DNA of 64,000 bases, from the IMG/VR virus record IMGVR_UViG_3300022752_000059, positions 2,601-66,600 of that record; one strand, written 5' to 3'. The position numbers and the translations under genes were made by a program. The stretch's first letter is position 1. Each line of letters opens with the position of its first letter. Shown here one piece after another: positions 25,637 to 34,531 of the stretch. The notes under the pieces were generated by a model, which saw only the letters and a program-made list of their open reading frames with translations, ran no database searches and was not told where the DNA came from. This DNA comes from a virus.

Positions 25637-25795
25637 GTGGCATCAAAAAAGAAGCAAAAAAAAGTTGAGAAGGTCATGGGCGAATACAAGCGTGGAACGC
25701 TTAAGTCGTCGTCTGGAGACAAGGTCAAGTCAAAGAAGCAGGCTGTCGCCATTGCGATGAGCGAAGCAGGCATGAGCAAGAAAAAGAAGAAGTAA
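25637..25795 (+). CDS. Small basic protein (DUF6496-like)
   Basis: KVEKVMGEYKRGTLKSSSG.KV.S.KQAVAIAMSEA; RBS AGGAGG, GTG start. Confidence 0.8.
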   Translation: MASKKKQKKVEKVMGEYKRGTLKSSSGDKVKSKKQAVAIAMSEAGMSKKKKK

Positions 25796-25953
25796 TGCCG
25801 AAGAAAGTTTGGAACACTAAAAATCCGAACAAGAAGTCAACCAAGTTGACTCCTGAACAAAAGTCGGAAGCAAAGGCACGTGCGAAAGCCGCTGGTCGTC
25901 CTTATCCCAACTTGGTCGACAACATGGCGGTGTCTAAAAAAGGCAAGCGCTAA
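25795..25953 (+). CDS. Small basic protein (52 aa)
   Basis: MPKKVW...KLTPEQK..AKARAKAAGRPYPNLVDNM; TAATG coupling on both sides; not in the ORF track. Confidence 0.75.
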   Translation: MPKKVWNTKNPNKKSTKLTPEQKSEAKARAKAAGRPYPNLVDNMAVSKKGKR

Positions 25954-26231
25954 TGGCTAAGAAATCGGCAGCGTGGCAGCGCAAAGAGGGTAAGAACGAA
26001 AAAGGTGGGCTCAACGAGAGGGGACGCAAGTCCTACGAGCGTGAGAACCCTGGTTCAGACCTCAAGCCGCCCGTGAAGAAAGAACAGGCAGCAAAGTCTG
26101 AGAAATCCGCTGCTCGTCGCAAGTCGTTCTGCGCCCGTATGGAAGGCATGAAGAAAAAGAACACTTCAGCCAAGACCGCTCGTGACCCGAACAGTCGTAT
26201 CAACAAGTCTCTTCGTGCGTGGGATTGCTGA
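25953..26231 (+). CDS. Basic protein (DUF6321-like)
   Basis: AWQRKEGKN.KGGLN..GR.SY...LK.PV...RRKSFCARM...SRINKSLRAWDC. Confidence 0.8.
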   Translation: MAKKSAAWQRKEGKNEKGGLNERGRKSYERENPGSDLKPPVKKEQAAKSEKSAARRKSFCARMEGMKKKNTSAKTARDPNSRINKSLRAWDC

Positions 26232-26665
26232 TGAAAAAACTTGCCACGTCCCTCAAGACGGTTTTGTCTGATGTGGTAACCATGTATTTTGCCGCACAGG
26301 GTTATCACTGGAATGTCGAAGGCGAAGACTTTTATCAGTACCACGGACTGTTTGCCGAGATTTACGAGGACGTCTACTCCAGCATTGACCCGATTGCAGA
26401 GAACATCCGCAAGTTGGACGAGTACGCCCCATTTAGTTTGAAAACGTTCCTAGACCTTCGTACGATCGAAACTAAGGAAGTTAAGCCCGAACCCAAAGCA
26501 ATGGCAAAAGCATTGATGACACTGAACGAGGGCGTCATCAAGTCCTTGGACAAAGCGTTCAAAGACGCCACCTCAGCAGACGAGCAGGGCATTGCTAACT
26601 TCATTGCAGGTCGTATCGACCAGCATCAGAAGTGGGCTTGGCAGTTGAGGGCTTCTACGAAGTAA
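26231..26665 (+). CDS. dps: Dps family ferritin-like DNA protection protein
   Basis: YHWNVEG..F..YH.LF..IY......D.IAE.IR...H.K..WQL. Confidence 0.92.
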   Translation: MKKLATSLKTVLSDVVTMYFAAQGYHWNVEGEDFYQYHGLFAEIYEDVYSSIDPIAENIRKLDEYAPFSLKTFLDLRTIETKEVKPEPKAMAKALMTLNEGVIKSLDKAFKDATSADEQGIANFIAGRIDQHQKWAWQLRASTK

Positions 26666-27344
26666 AGCCAAATACCTCGGCAACTTTGTGCTCGGGTGCT
26701 TGACCCGTAACTACACGTCCATCGGAAAACACTACGACCACTGTGCAGTTAGTGCCCGTGCTTGAGACGATTTTGAACGTACCAAGGTCCACTGGCGCCT
26801 GTATTTCTTCCTTTGGCTTTTCTTCCTGTTCGGCATTGCCCAAAAGGATTGCCTCGGCAAGTGCCGACTTCGTGGTCAGTTTCTTGGTGTAGTTACCGTG
26901 CTCATTTGCGAGTGCCTTGAGTTTGGACAGTGGCATTGCTACAAGTTCTTCGTAGGTCAGTTCCGCAAACTTTTTAGTGGGTTCATCTTTTACCGATGGT
27001 TCCACTCCCTCAACGACGATGGGTGTCAAACCGTTTGACACATCCAATACCTTGACACCGTTATCAACGGCATTGATTACGTACTTGTTCATCAACTCGG
27101 GTTTGTCCTCGTCCCACATCAAAAGAAGGGTGCCATTTTCTTTGGCAAGTATTTCCATCACTTCGGTGGTCGCTACAAACTGAGCCTCTGGGGAAAGGGC
27201 TTCAAGCCACGTCTTGATCGTTTCGTTACCAATGAGTTTGTCCGAAATGTAGACGACGTCGTTGTCTCGATAGACGTCGGACAACGAGTCATAAATGACC
27301 TTGTCACTGACGTGTTTGTCGGAACCAATAAGTCCGTACTTCAT
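26655..27344 (-). CDS. Hypothetical protein with a SAP/Rho-N-like helical motif
   Basis: EELVAMPLSKLKALA..HG.....TKSALAEAIL; RBS AGGAG. Confidence 0.6.
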   Translation of the reverse strand: MKYGLIGSDKHVSDKVIYDSLSDVYRDNDVVYISDKLIGNETIKTWLEALSPEAQFVATTEVMEILAKENGTLLLMWDEDKPELMNKYVINAVDNGVKVLDVSNGLTPIVVEGVEPSVKDEPTKKFAELTYEELVAMPLSKLKALANEHGNYTKKLTTKSALAEAILLGNAEQEEKPKEEIQAPVDLGTFKIVSSTGTNCTVVVVFSDGRVVTGQAPEHKVAEVFGFTS

Positions 27345-27354
27345 GTTGTTCTCC

Positions 27355-27612
27355 TCACTGTTTGGCTATGCGGCCCAGGGCCATGTCTCCTAACAGCGTA
27401 GCGAGGCGGAGTACGGAATGGCAACCACTGGCGATTGAGGCAATAGTCAAGCCAGCAATTACAGGGTCTTCCACTTTAGTGACAAATGCGGCAGCGTATC
27501 CAAAGATGATTCCGACGAGAACTTTAACCCACGGCATCGCTTCCCGTGGAGAAAGTGCGTCTAACATTTGCACTGCTTTATATACAGCCAAACCAGCGAG
27601 AAAATAAGTCAT
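27355..27612 (-). CDS. Small membrane protein
   Basis: Three hydrophobic segments; ATGA overlap. Confidence 0.6.
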   Translation of the reverse strand: MTYFLAGLAVYKAVQMLDALSPREAMPWVKVLVGIIFGYAAAFVTKVEDPVIAGLTIASIASGCHSVLRLATLLGDMALGRIAKQ

Positions 27613-29240
27613 ACAAGCCTTCCTGGAATCCAATCAAATGATATGGCATATTTTGGTTGATTGCCAACTGTTCCCAACAACGTCACGGGTAGGATGTTTG
27701 GAATCAAACGAAGTAATGCGTCTTGCGTTTTCTTTCGGTTCATTGTGTATTGAGAGTATGAGGCATACGCAGTCCCAGACCACGTGTAGTCAGAAACATA
27801 GTTCTGGTACAAGAATCCACCCAGTACACTGCTCCCATCAAAGAACTCTCCAGTTCTATTGGGTTCAACCATCCATCTGTACAATGTGACGGATTGGTTT
27901 GCTGACAACTGCAGAAGTAGCACGGGTCGATAATTACCACTAGCGGTTGGCTTGTACATTTCATAGGCGTACCTGTTGGCAACACCAACGGAAATACTTG
28001 CTGCTGTGGTGCTTGGTGACCAGTTAGACCATGTGGTACCACCTGTCCAACTAGCGCTTACGACCGAAGCAGGGTAGGTGCTAAATTCAGCAGACATGTA
28101 ATAGTTATTATCTGCGCTCACAGGCACTGCAACTTTGCCCAAAATGGCAACCTTACTCCCAGAAGCACCAGCAGTTATCGTTATGCCTTCTGATGGAGTG
28201 GTGCTTACAGTTACTGCATTCTGCGAATACACTTGCCACGTGCTGTTGTCTGTGACGACAAATCGAGGGTCGGCAACTAAGTTGGCACGCTCGGAGTGAA
28301 CTCTTATTGTGTAATACGGTGCGGCAGAAGCCCCATTGTAGATAATGTCCACCTGGCTTCCACTAACCGCCGTCAAATAGTCCCTTGTACCGCTGATAGT
28401 TCCCTTATTTTTGCGCAAGTACCCAACGTCGTAAAGCAAAGACCGTGCCTTTGAAACACCGATGTCCGACGGTTTTAGTTCCAATCCAAACATGTTTGAC
28501 AACTGCTCAATTGACTGAGTCTCAGCCGTCAGTGGATCGTATTGAACCATTACGTTGTCAATAAGTGTTCGTGTCCTATCAACCTCAAATCCAAAAATCT
28601 CAAGAAACCGTTTCAGTTGGTTGTTGTTTTTTAAATCTTGCTCACGGTAGTAGAGAGGAATCCTTCTCCAGAGTTCGTCAGAAGAACCGTAATTAAAAGG
28701 AACGATTACTTCGAGAGATGCAAGGCGTTGGTAATAAAAACTTCCGTTTGGACCATCGGTATTGATATAGGCAAACAACGTGTAGTATGCCCACTTACCA
28801 GGCTCTGGTTCTTCATAAAACTTTGTTTGACCATTGTCGTTATATGGGATTAGGTTTTGGTGCAGATATTCCGTAACACTTCCATTAACGACTATCTTCC
28901 CATCCACCACAGTTTGCGGGGCACCAGTTTTTGAATAAACAACTGCCACCCCTACGATTCCGCTTTCTCCAGAATTGATCGTATTGACGTCAACTATTTC
29001 GTCGGTCAATGTCCAACGTAAATAAACGGCATTGTATTGAACGGCGGCAGCATAGAACTCAGAGATATCCGTGGTTTCAGTAACTGTGATTATTCCGTCA
29101 GCACGAAGCGCCGAGTCCTGATCAAGTGAGGATGCCCCCGCAACGCTTTGCAGTGTGTCCGTACCCCGTACGTACGACCCAACGCCCGTTGCATCACCAC
29201 CTCCAGCAACACGTCGAAGTCTAAAAGATGTGCGTGCCAT
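27609..29240 (-). CDS. Baseplate wedge / tail protein I-like with a carbohydrate-binding-like C-terminal part
   Basis: LW..IP.YYR..D.....L.RFL..FG...D, KGT..G; follows the J-like gene. Confidence 0.75.
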   Translation of the reverse strand: MARTSFRLRRVAGGGDATGVGSYVRGTDTLQSVAGASSLDQDSALRADGIITVTETTDISEFYAAAVQYNAVYLRWTLTDEIVDVNTINSGESGIVGVAVVYSKTGAPQTVVDGKIVVNGSVTEYLHQNLIPYNDNGQTKFYEEPEPGKWAYYTLFAYINTDGPNGSFYYQRLASLEVIVPFNYGSSDELWRRIPLYYREQDLKNNNQLKRFLEIFGFEVDRTRTLIDNVMVQYDPLTAETQSIEQLSNMFGLELKPSDIGVSKARSLLYDVGYLRKNKGTISGTRDYLTAVSGSQVDIIYNGASAAPYYTIRVHSERANLVADPRFVVTDNSTWQVYSQNAVTVSTTPSEGITITAGASGSKVAILGKVAVPVSADNNYYMSAEFSTYPASVVSASWTGGTTWSNWSPSTTAASISVGVANRYAYEMYKPTASGNYRPVLLLQLSANQSVTLYRWMVEPNRTGEFFDGSSVLGGFLYQNYVSDYTWSGTAYASYSQYTMNRKKTQDALLRLIPNILPVTLLGTVGNQPKYAISFDWIPGRLV

Positions 29241-29243
29241 CTA

Positions 29244-30818
29244 CTAACTTCCGCCTATCGATACTATTCCGCCGCTCATTGTCAATGTATATGACGAAGA
29301 AGTGCTTATCACCAACATTGATGTATCTGCAGCAATCACTCCCTTAAAACCATTTGTGTCATCAATGACGTTGTTTTGAGTTGTGGTTAATTTGGTAATG
29401 ACCGCATAGTCCACCCCATCAACGTCCAAGATCGTTCTGTAGAGAGTACCCAGAGAGACGCTTGCTCCAAAATCCATGTTGTCAAAGGAAAATACCTCAC
29501 GAACCGCAGTGTCTACTTTGTCTTTTACGTCTTCTCGAACATAGCCGTCTTGAACGTTTACGTTTGCGGCAAAGTTGACACGTGTCAAAGATACCGAAGC
29601 CCCAACGTTGGAACTCACAAATACGATTTCACGAGGTTCCAAATAATCTTCAATAGCAGTGACGGTGTCCGCCGACAGCACTAATGTTTCACTTGAACCG
29701 TACGATGCCTGTGGTTCGACTGCTCTAATCTCTACCGTGTTGTTGTTTAAGTATGCCGTTGATTTGACCACCCCACTAACCCGTTTTACAATGTCCTTAT
29801 AATCTTGTAGAGACACGGCCCTATCTTGTGTGCGGAACGACACGGGGATATTTGCACGCATTGAAACTATTGATTCCGAATCAAAACCACCAGCGGCACG
29901 GACAGTGTTTGGAACAATCACAAGACCATCAAGTGACGGTTTGTTGAGGATGGTAGTGCTTTCCAATGATTTGATGGCTCCCGCCAACACGTTCCCTGCT
30001 GCACCCCTACTTCGTCGGTATGTGATTTTTATTGGAGCATTCGTAGTTGGCACCCTCCCATTGATGCCGTTTCCAAATACCACCGTTGCCTCACCCTCAG
30101 CATTTGTCTCTATGGTGAAGGTTCTGGAAGAACTTGTCCCCGAGATCAAACGTTCAGAAAAGGCATACAGGAGGTCTTGACCATTTGGTCCTTCGCCCAC
30201 AAGGATGGTTACGCTTTCATTTACAACACCTGCCTTTTTCAAACGAATACGTTGGGAAATTTGACCAGATGATGTATATGTTTCTTCAAACCTTTCTCCC
30301 TCAGTAACACCCACCGACACAACCTGTGTTTTTGGATACGTTGTATAAACGACACCATCCGACTCTAGGTCCGCACTTGCCCCAGTACTAGTTGCCACAA
30401 AAGCAATTGGCGAGTTAAGGGTGAAGATAACTGACGGTGCAGTGTCCACCAATGGGGTGGCAACAAAGCGTGTGTATTGCGGAATAAATATCGGGGCGCT
30501 GTCAGTTGCAGATGTTTGCGATGCATTCAATGAAATAGTGGCAAAAGCAGAACGTCGACCGACTGGGATGTAGTCAAGTAGGTTGGCGATAGCAAGCACG
30601 CTTTCTCTTTGCGTAGCCGTGTCAAGGAACGCCTCACGTGCAGCCCTGTCAACATAAAAATGCAAAATGTCTCCCATGTAGGACCAAAGATCGACCATGA
30701 GCATTCCAAAGTCCGACGTGTCACGGCTTGTCCACTCTGGTAGTACTTCGGATGCCCGTGCCAACAAGTCTTCTTGAATCGACGCATAGTCACGGCTCGT
30801 GTAATCAAAAACGGTCAT
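29244..30818 (-). CDS. Baseplate J-like wedge protein (T4 gp6-like)
   Basis: DYTSRDY.SI, D.G.....L..Y.GD.L.FY.D, FG.G..G.VP, GG.D.ES...R.N.P...RTQDRAV..QDY. Confidence 0.92.
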   Translation of the reverse strand: MTVFDYTSRDYASIQEDLLARASEVLPEWTSRDTSDFGMLMVDLWSYMGDILHFYVDRAAREAFLDTATQRESVLAIANLLDYIPVGRRSAFATISLNASQTSATDSAPIFIPQYTRFVATPLVDTAPSVIFTLNSPIAFVATSTGASADLESDGVVYTTYPKTQVVSVGVTEGERFEETYTSSGQISQRIRLKKAGVVNESVTILVGEGPNGQDLLYAFSERLISGTSSSRTFTIETNAEGEATVVFGNGINGRVPTTNAPIKITYRRSRGAAGNVLAGAIKSLESTTILNKPSLDGLVIVPNTVRAAGGFDSESIVSMRANIPVSFRTQDRAVSLQDYKDIVKRVSGVVKSTAYLNNNTVEIRAVEPQASYGSSETLVLSADTVTAIEDYLEPREIVFVSSNVGASVSLTRVNFAANVNVQDGYVREDVKDKVDTAVREVFSFDNMDFGASVSLGTLYRTILDVDGVDYAVITKLTTTQNNVIDDTNGFKGVIAADTSMLVISTSSSYTLTMSGGIVSIGGS

Positions 30819-31228
30819 ATGGTGCTTTCCTCAGTAAGTGTTGACGGTAGGACAAGATTAAAAGAAAAGGTTTGTAGTGTCCCCAATTTCATTGAATAAC
30901 TTACTGTAATGGTAATTGAGTTTGCACTTTCATCGGAAATGAAAGGAGAGTCTTCTGCGGTTATCTGAACGTCTACTACAAATGCTCCAGAAAGGTTCTT
31001 GTTAAGTTGTTCCATTGCCTCGACTTTGAACTCACTGTAAATCAAATCATCAACTGGTTCAAATATCAGTTGCATGGCATTTGCGCCATACAAAGGACGC
31101 ATTACTCGTTCAAACGAACTAGTTGTCATGATGTCAACGATTTGTTGTTCAACAACCCTCGCAGCCGTAGTCGTCATGCTGACCTTGCCAGAAGAAGATA
31201 TTGAGAATGGGGTTTTAATTGACGGCAT
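30815..31228 (-). CDS. GpW/gp25 baseplate protein (sheath initiator)
   Basis: PF.I..SG.V...T...ERVMRP.YG. Confidence 0.85.
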   Translation of the reverse strand: MPSIKTPFSISSSGKVSMTTTAARVVEQQIVDIMTTSSFERVMRPLYGANAMQLIFEPVDDLIYSEFKVEAMEQLNKNLSGAFVVDVQITAEDSPFISDESANSITITVSYSMKLGTLQTFSFNLVLPSTLTEESTI

Positions 31229-31234
31229 AGAACC

Positions 31235-31540
31235 TCAAGAAAAGATACCTAACATTAAAGCATCTATTTGATTTTTTATTTCTGCAATGTCGTTTTGTGT
31301 TGTTTCTGACGGCTGTACTTGTACCCAATATACGTTGTACAAGTAATCATCGCTGGTGGTGACTACGATTTGTGAGCCGATTGCTGGAACGGGCCATACC
31401 CCATTGTACTTTGTTCTACCAATGAATGAGATTGGTACGGTGTCGTCCAATCCCCCAATTGAGGGTATTCGAACACGTATTTCTCCACTGTCACTGTTGG
31501 AGTAAACGACCGTGGCACGGAACGTTGGACTATCTAGCAT
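31235..31540 (-). CDS. Short baseplate spike, gp5/VgrG OB-fold-like
   Basis: FRATVV...D.GEIRVRIP...VP.IGSQ.VV....D.....YW; RBS GGAGG. Confidence 0.65.
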   Translation of the reverse strand: MLDSPTFRATVVYSNSDSGEIRVRIPSIGGLDDTVPISFIGRTKYNGVWPVPAIGSQIVVTTSDDYLYNVYWVQVQPSETTQNDIAEIKNQIDALMLGIFS

Positions 31541-32711
31541 AGATGTCCTCCATTGCGTACTCAGCAACCCACGTGTTTTTATTGTTCAAAACACTTGTTG
31601 GAGGTTGCTTGAATGCCCCGACGGGGCGAATAAGTGGCAAAGACCCGTTAGTTGAGTCCGATGACAAAGACAACTTGGTTACATAGTTGGATCTGGTCAC
31701 CATGTGCTTTACCGATCGAACCAGCCAGTAACCATCAAAGTACGAGTCATATTCATCTAGTTTGGCTACAGATCCAGGCATTGGTTCTGCCAATCCAATA
31801 GTCGATACTGAGACGTTATACGGATATCGTTTTCTAAGTGCCGCCCCCGCAAAACGTTTTAGCATTTCTAAAGACGTGACATCTTTGGTTACCGTGTCTA
31901 TGTGCTTTGAGTCGACTCGTTGTCCAAGACCAGAAAAGTCCTCAACATCATCCAAGGTTTCTGTGCTTATGAGGTTTCCGCTGTTGTCTATACCGACGTA
32001 TTTAAATGCAGAAGAGTTGCCGTTAGGAGTGTATTCTCCAAAAGTTCCAGTAAGTTCCAGAATGCGACCAGGAATAGTACTTACGGAACCCTTAGATCCA
32101 CGAACGCTTGTCAATTCGACATATGGAAGTTGTCGTGACAAAACCTTGTACGGATCATATATGTGTATGTGCGTGCCATTTGCAGTAACAAAGTAGCCCA
32201 GTGAGTTGCAAGTCTCAACCAATATTTCCCAGTTTGATTTGTCATTTTGAAGTACCCTATCCCAAACAAAGTAATCGTCGGGAACTGAGTAGGACATCTC
32301 GTATTGATTGGCAATTTTCTTTACCAATTGAGGCATAGATATGTTTTCCCAAATTTTGCTTTTCTTTTCCACCATCTCAATGCTTGCCCCAAAGCAGACC
32401 ACCTTGGCTCTTTGAACAGGGCTGTTGTTAATCAAACCACGACGGGTTATCAATTCTGGTTCTACGTACGTCACGTAACCGTTGAATGAGGATGTACGTG
32501 CTGGGCTGGTCGAAATGGTGATTGACACTGGGGCGTTTATATAGTCCGTAACTGCCTTGGCTGGTAATCCAACGAACGTCAGTACAGCCATATCATGTGC
32601 GTTTTCTTCAAAGTCAACTTCCACAGACTCAATAGATGTGTAGTCGACGGAGACATCGCTAATTATGATGTCCACGTCTGGTGAAGTTGGGAAGTTACTT
32701 TTGAATATCAT
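31530..32711 (-). CDS. Baseplate hub (gp27/late control D-like)
   Basis: F.GYV..V, Q...S.W..L......GY, PG....L......DGYWLV.SV.H. Confidence 0.8.
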   Translation of the reverse strand: MIFKSNFPTSPDVDIIISDVSVDYTSIESVEVDFEENAHDMAVLTFVGLPAKAVTDYINAPVSITISTSPARTSSFNGYVTYVEPELITRRGLINNSPVQRAKVVCFGASIEMVEKKSKIWENISMPQLVKKIANQYEMSYSVPDDYFVWDRVLQNDKSNWEILVETCNSLGYFVTANGTHIHIYDPYKVLSRQLPYVELTSVRGSKGSVSTIPGRILELTGTFGEYTPNGNSSAFKYVGIDNSGNLISTETLDDVEDFSGLGQRVDSKHIDTVTKDVTSLEMLKRFAGAALRKRYPYNVSVSTIGLAEPMPGSVAKLDEYDSYFDGYWLVRSVKHMVTRSNYVTKLSLSSDSTNGSLPLIRPVGAFKQPPTSVLNNKNTWVAEYAMEDIYAR

Positions 32712-32959
32712 TTTGGAATGCGGATTACGGTTCCAACTTCAATCTCGTTGGGGTACTTTACTGCGGGGTTCAGGTCGGCAATTCTCCAGTATTCTTGCGG
32801 ATTGCCAAATACTTTGTGGGCAAGGGTGTCAAAAGAATCGCCCTGCGATGACGTATACCTGTCAAACGTCACTGTTTTTTGCACCTTTTTTACCGCTATG
32901 ACACGACCAGTGCGCTCATCAATCGAGGTCGTATAGCGGGAGGAACTGTTCACTGACAT
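32708..32959 (-). CDS. LysM/tail X-like baseplate protein
   Basis: GDSFDTLA.KVFG.P..YWRIADLNP....P..I..G..IRIP. Confidence 0.85.
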   Translation of the reverse strand: MSVNSSSRYTTSIDERTGRVIAVKKVQKTVTFDRYTSSQGDSFDTLAHKVFGNPQEYWRIADLNPAVKYPNEIEVGTVIRIPK

Positions 32960-32962
32960 AGG

Positions 32963-34531
32963 TCATCCATTAGAAAGTGTGTAGTTATTGGTGAATTGCG
33001 TTAGCGGGCCGTTCAATTGTGCCGAAGATGGTTTGTACCTAATGTTTGTTGACCACTTTATTTTTTGTATTGACTCATAATTTGTTCCGTTTAATGCCAA
33101 GTACGTGAACGATATTACGATATCCATCGTGTACTTAGAGGTGTCCGTCGTGTCCACCAGGCTTCCAGTAACCATTTCTGGTCTATCAAAAGAAAGAATA
33201 TAGACTTGACTGAGATCATTCAATTCAAGATCTACTGACGATGTGGCTTCCCAAGTTTTTCCATAGTCATATGTAGAGGCTGGCTTTGACGACGTATTTT
33301 CAACGTACTTGACCGTCCACGTGGCATTGGCAGTTATTGTTTGAATTTGCGATTGTCTTATCACGTTCTTTAACTGGTCGCTTGGCTCTACCGAAAAGTA
33401 CAACTTTCTTGCACCTTTTGGATCAAGCAAGTCATAGGCACCCTGCACAGCAGGGTAGCCACTACGTCTGTTTACTTTTTTAAAGCCCTTGTCTGCAAAG
33501 TCTTTGATAAATATTTGTTGTTTCTTTTCCTCCTCCGTCTTTTCTTCCTGCTCCTCATAAACATTTTCTATCTTTGGTCCATTCAAGGTGAGGAACGTGT
33601 CTTTCTTTGCTGCTCCGATGTACAGGGCCTGCATGCTTAGATTGACAACGCATTGGGTAGGCACCATGTCTTGGTTGAATTTGTTGAAAACAACCTGTGT
33701 TTGTGTGACGTACCCCTCGACCATGAACAATGAAGAAAACACGATACGAATTGGATTGGCAACCAAGAACGCAGAGTTTCCAACATTAATACTGATGTTT
33801 TGACTTATCAACTTGCGGTCATCCTCAGATAACGGCTTTAGTTCGGTTTCTTTATCCTCTTCGTCCCCCGTGTTTGCGTCCTTTTTCTGCTCGTTTATTT
33901 GTTTTTGTCTGAGAAGTTCGGCGTTGTTGAGGTATGCAGAGATGACATCACGACTAATTCCTTGCCCAATGATTCGATCAAACTGGTACAAATCAGCAAG
34001 CACTCCCACTTTGGAGGGATCTTGCGTTGGCAAGAGTGTTGAAAACTGATCAAACCTTCGACCAGCATCAGAACTCACAAACGTCTTTAGGTTTTTAACG
34101 GTCCCAGAAGCCACCTCAGCCTCTCGGTTGAATAGCAATTCAAACGCAAAGTTTTGATCTCCTGGTATTGGTTGTGTCAATTGAATTGGATCCATGTTCA
34201 TCCAGTACTGGATGTCGTTTCGTGCAGCCACGGAACGGGTAATGGTGTCGGGATTAAATTGGAAAAACAGCCTGTGTGAACCAAGAGTTCTTAGTGTTGG
34301 GTTTGTAGAAGACTTTCCCAGTGCCTCCGACAGCATGCGCATGTAACCACGCTGGACAGTTTGAGTTACTGGTCCTCCAGTACCATCCTTCTTAGAAGAT
34401 ACGTTTGCAAGTTTTCTATTGTTGGGAGGCCACAAGAACTCTGGATTGTCGTTCGCAGTTCTGGATGTTGGGCTAAGTGATTCATATGACTTCCAGTTGT
34501 AAAACTGGTCGTTACTATAAGTTGATGCCAT
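32963..34531 (-). CDS. Tail tube initiator / CIS tube-like baseplate protein
   Basis: FQFNP.TI.R, F.LLF.R, VF....MVEGYV....V.F.KF...MVP..C.V. Confidence 0.7.
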   Translation of the reverse strand: MASTYSNDQFYNWKSYESLSPTSRTANDNPEFLWPPNNRKLANVSSKKDGTGGPVTQTVQRGYMRMLSEALGKSSTNPTLRTLGSHRLFFQFNPDTITRSVAARNDIQYWMNMDPIQLTQPIPGDQNFAFELLFNREAEVASGTVKNLKTFVSSDAGRRFDQFSTLLPTQDPSKVGVLADLYQFDRIIGQGISRDVISAYLNNAELLRQKQINEQKKDANTGDEEDKETELKPLSEDDRKLISQNISINVGNSAFLVANPIRIVFSSLFMVEGYVTQTQVVFNKFNQDMVPTQCVVNLSMQALYIGAAKKDTFLTLNGPKIENVYEEQEEKTEEEKKQQIFIKDFADKGFKKVNRRSGYPAVQGAYDLLDPKGARKLYFSVEPSDQLKNVIRQSQIQTITANATWTVKYVENTSSKPASTYDYGKTWEATSSVDLELNDLSQVYILSFDRPEMVTGSLVDTTDTSKYTMDIVISFTYLALNGTNYESIQKIKWSTNIRYKPSSAQLNGPLTQFTNNYTLSNG

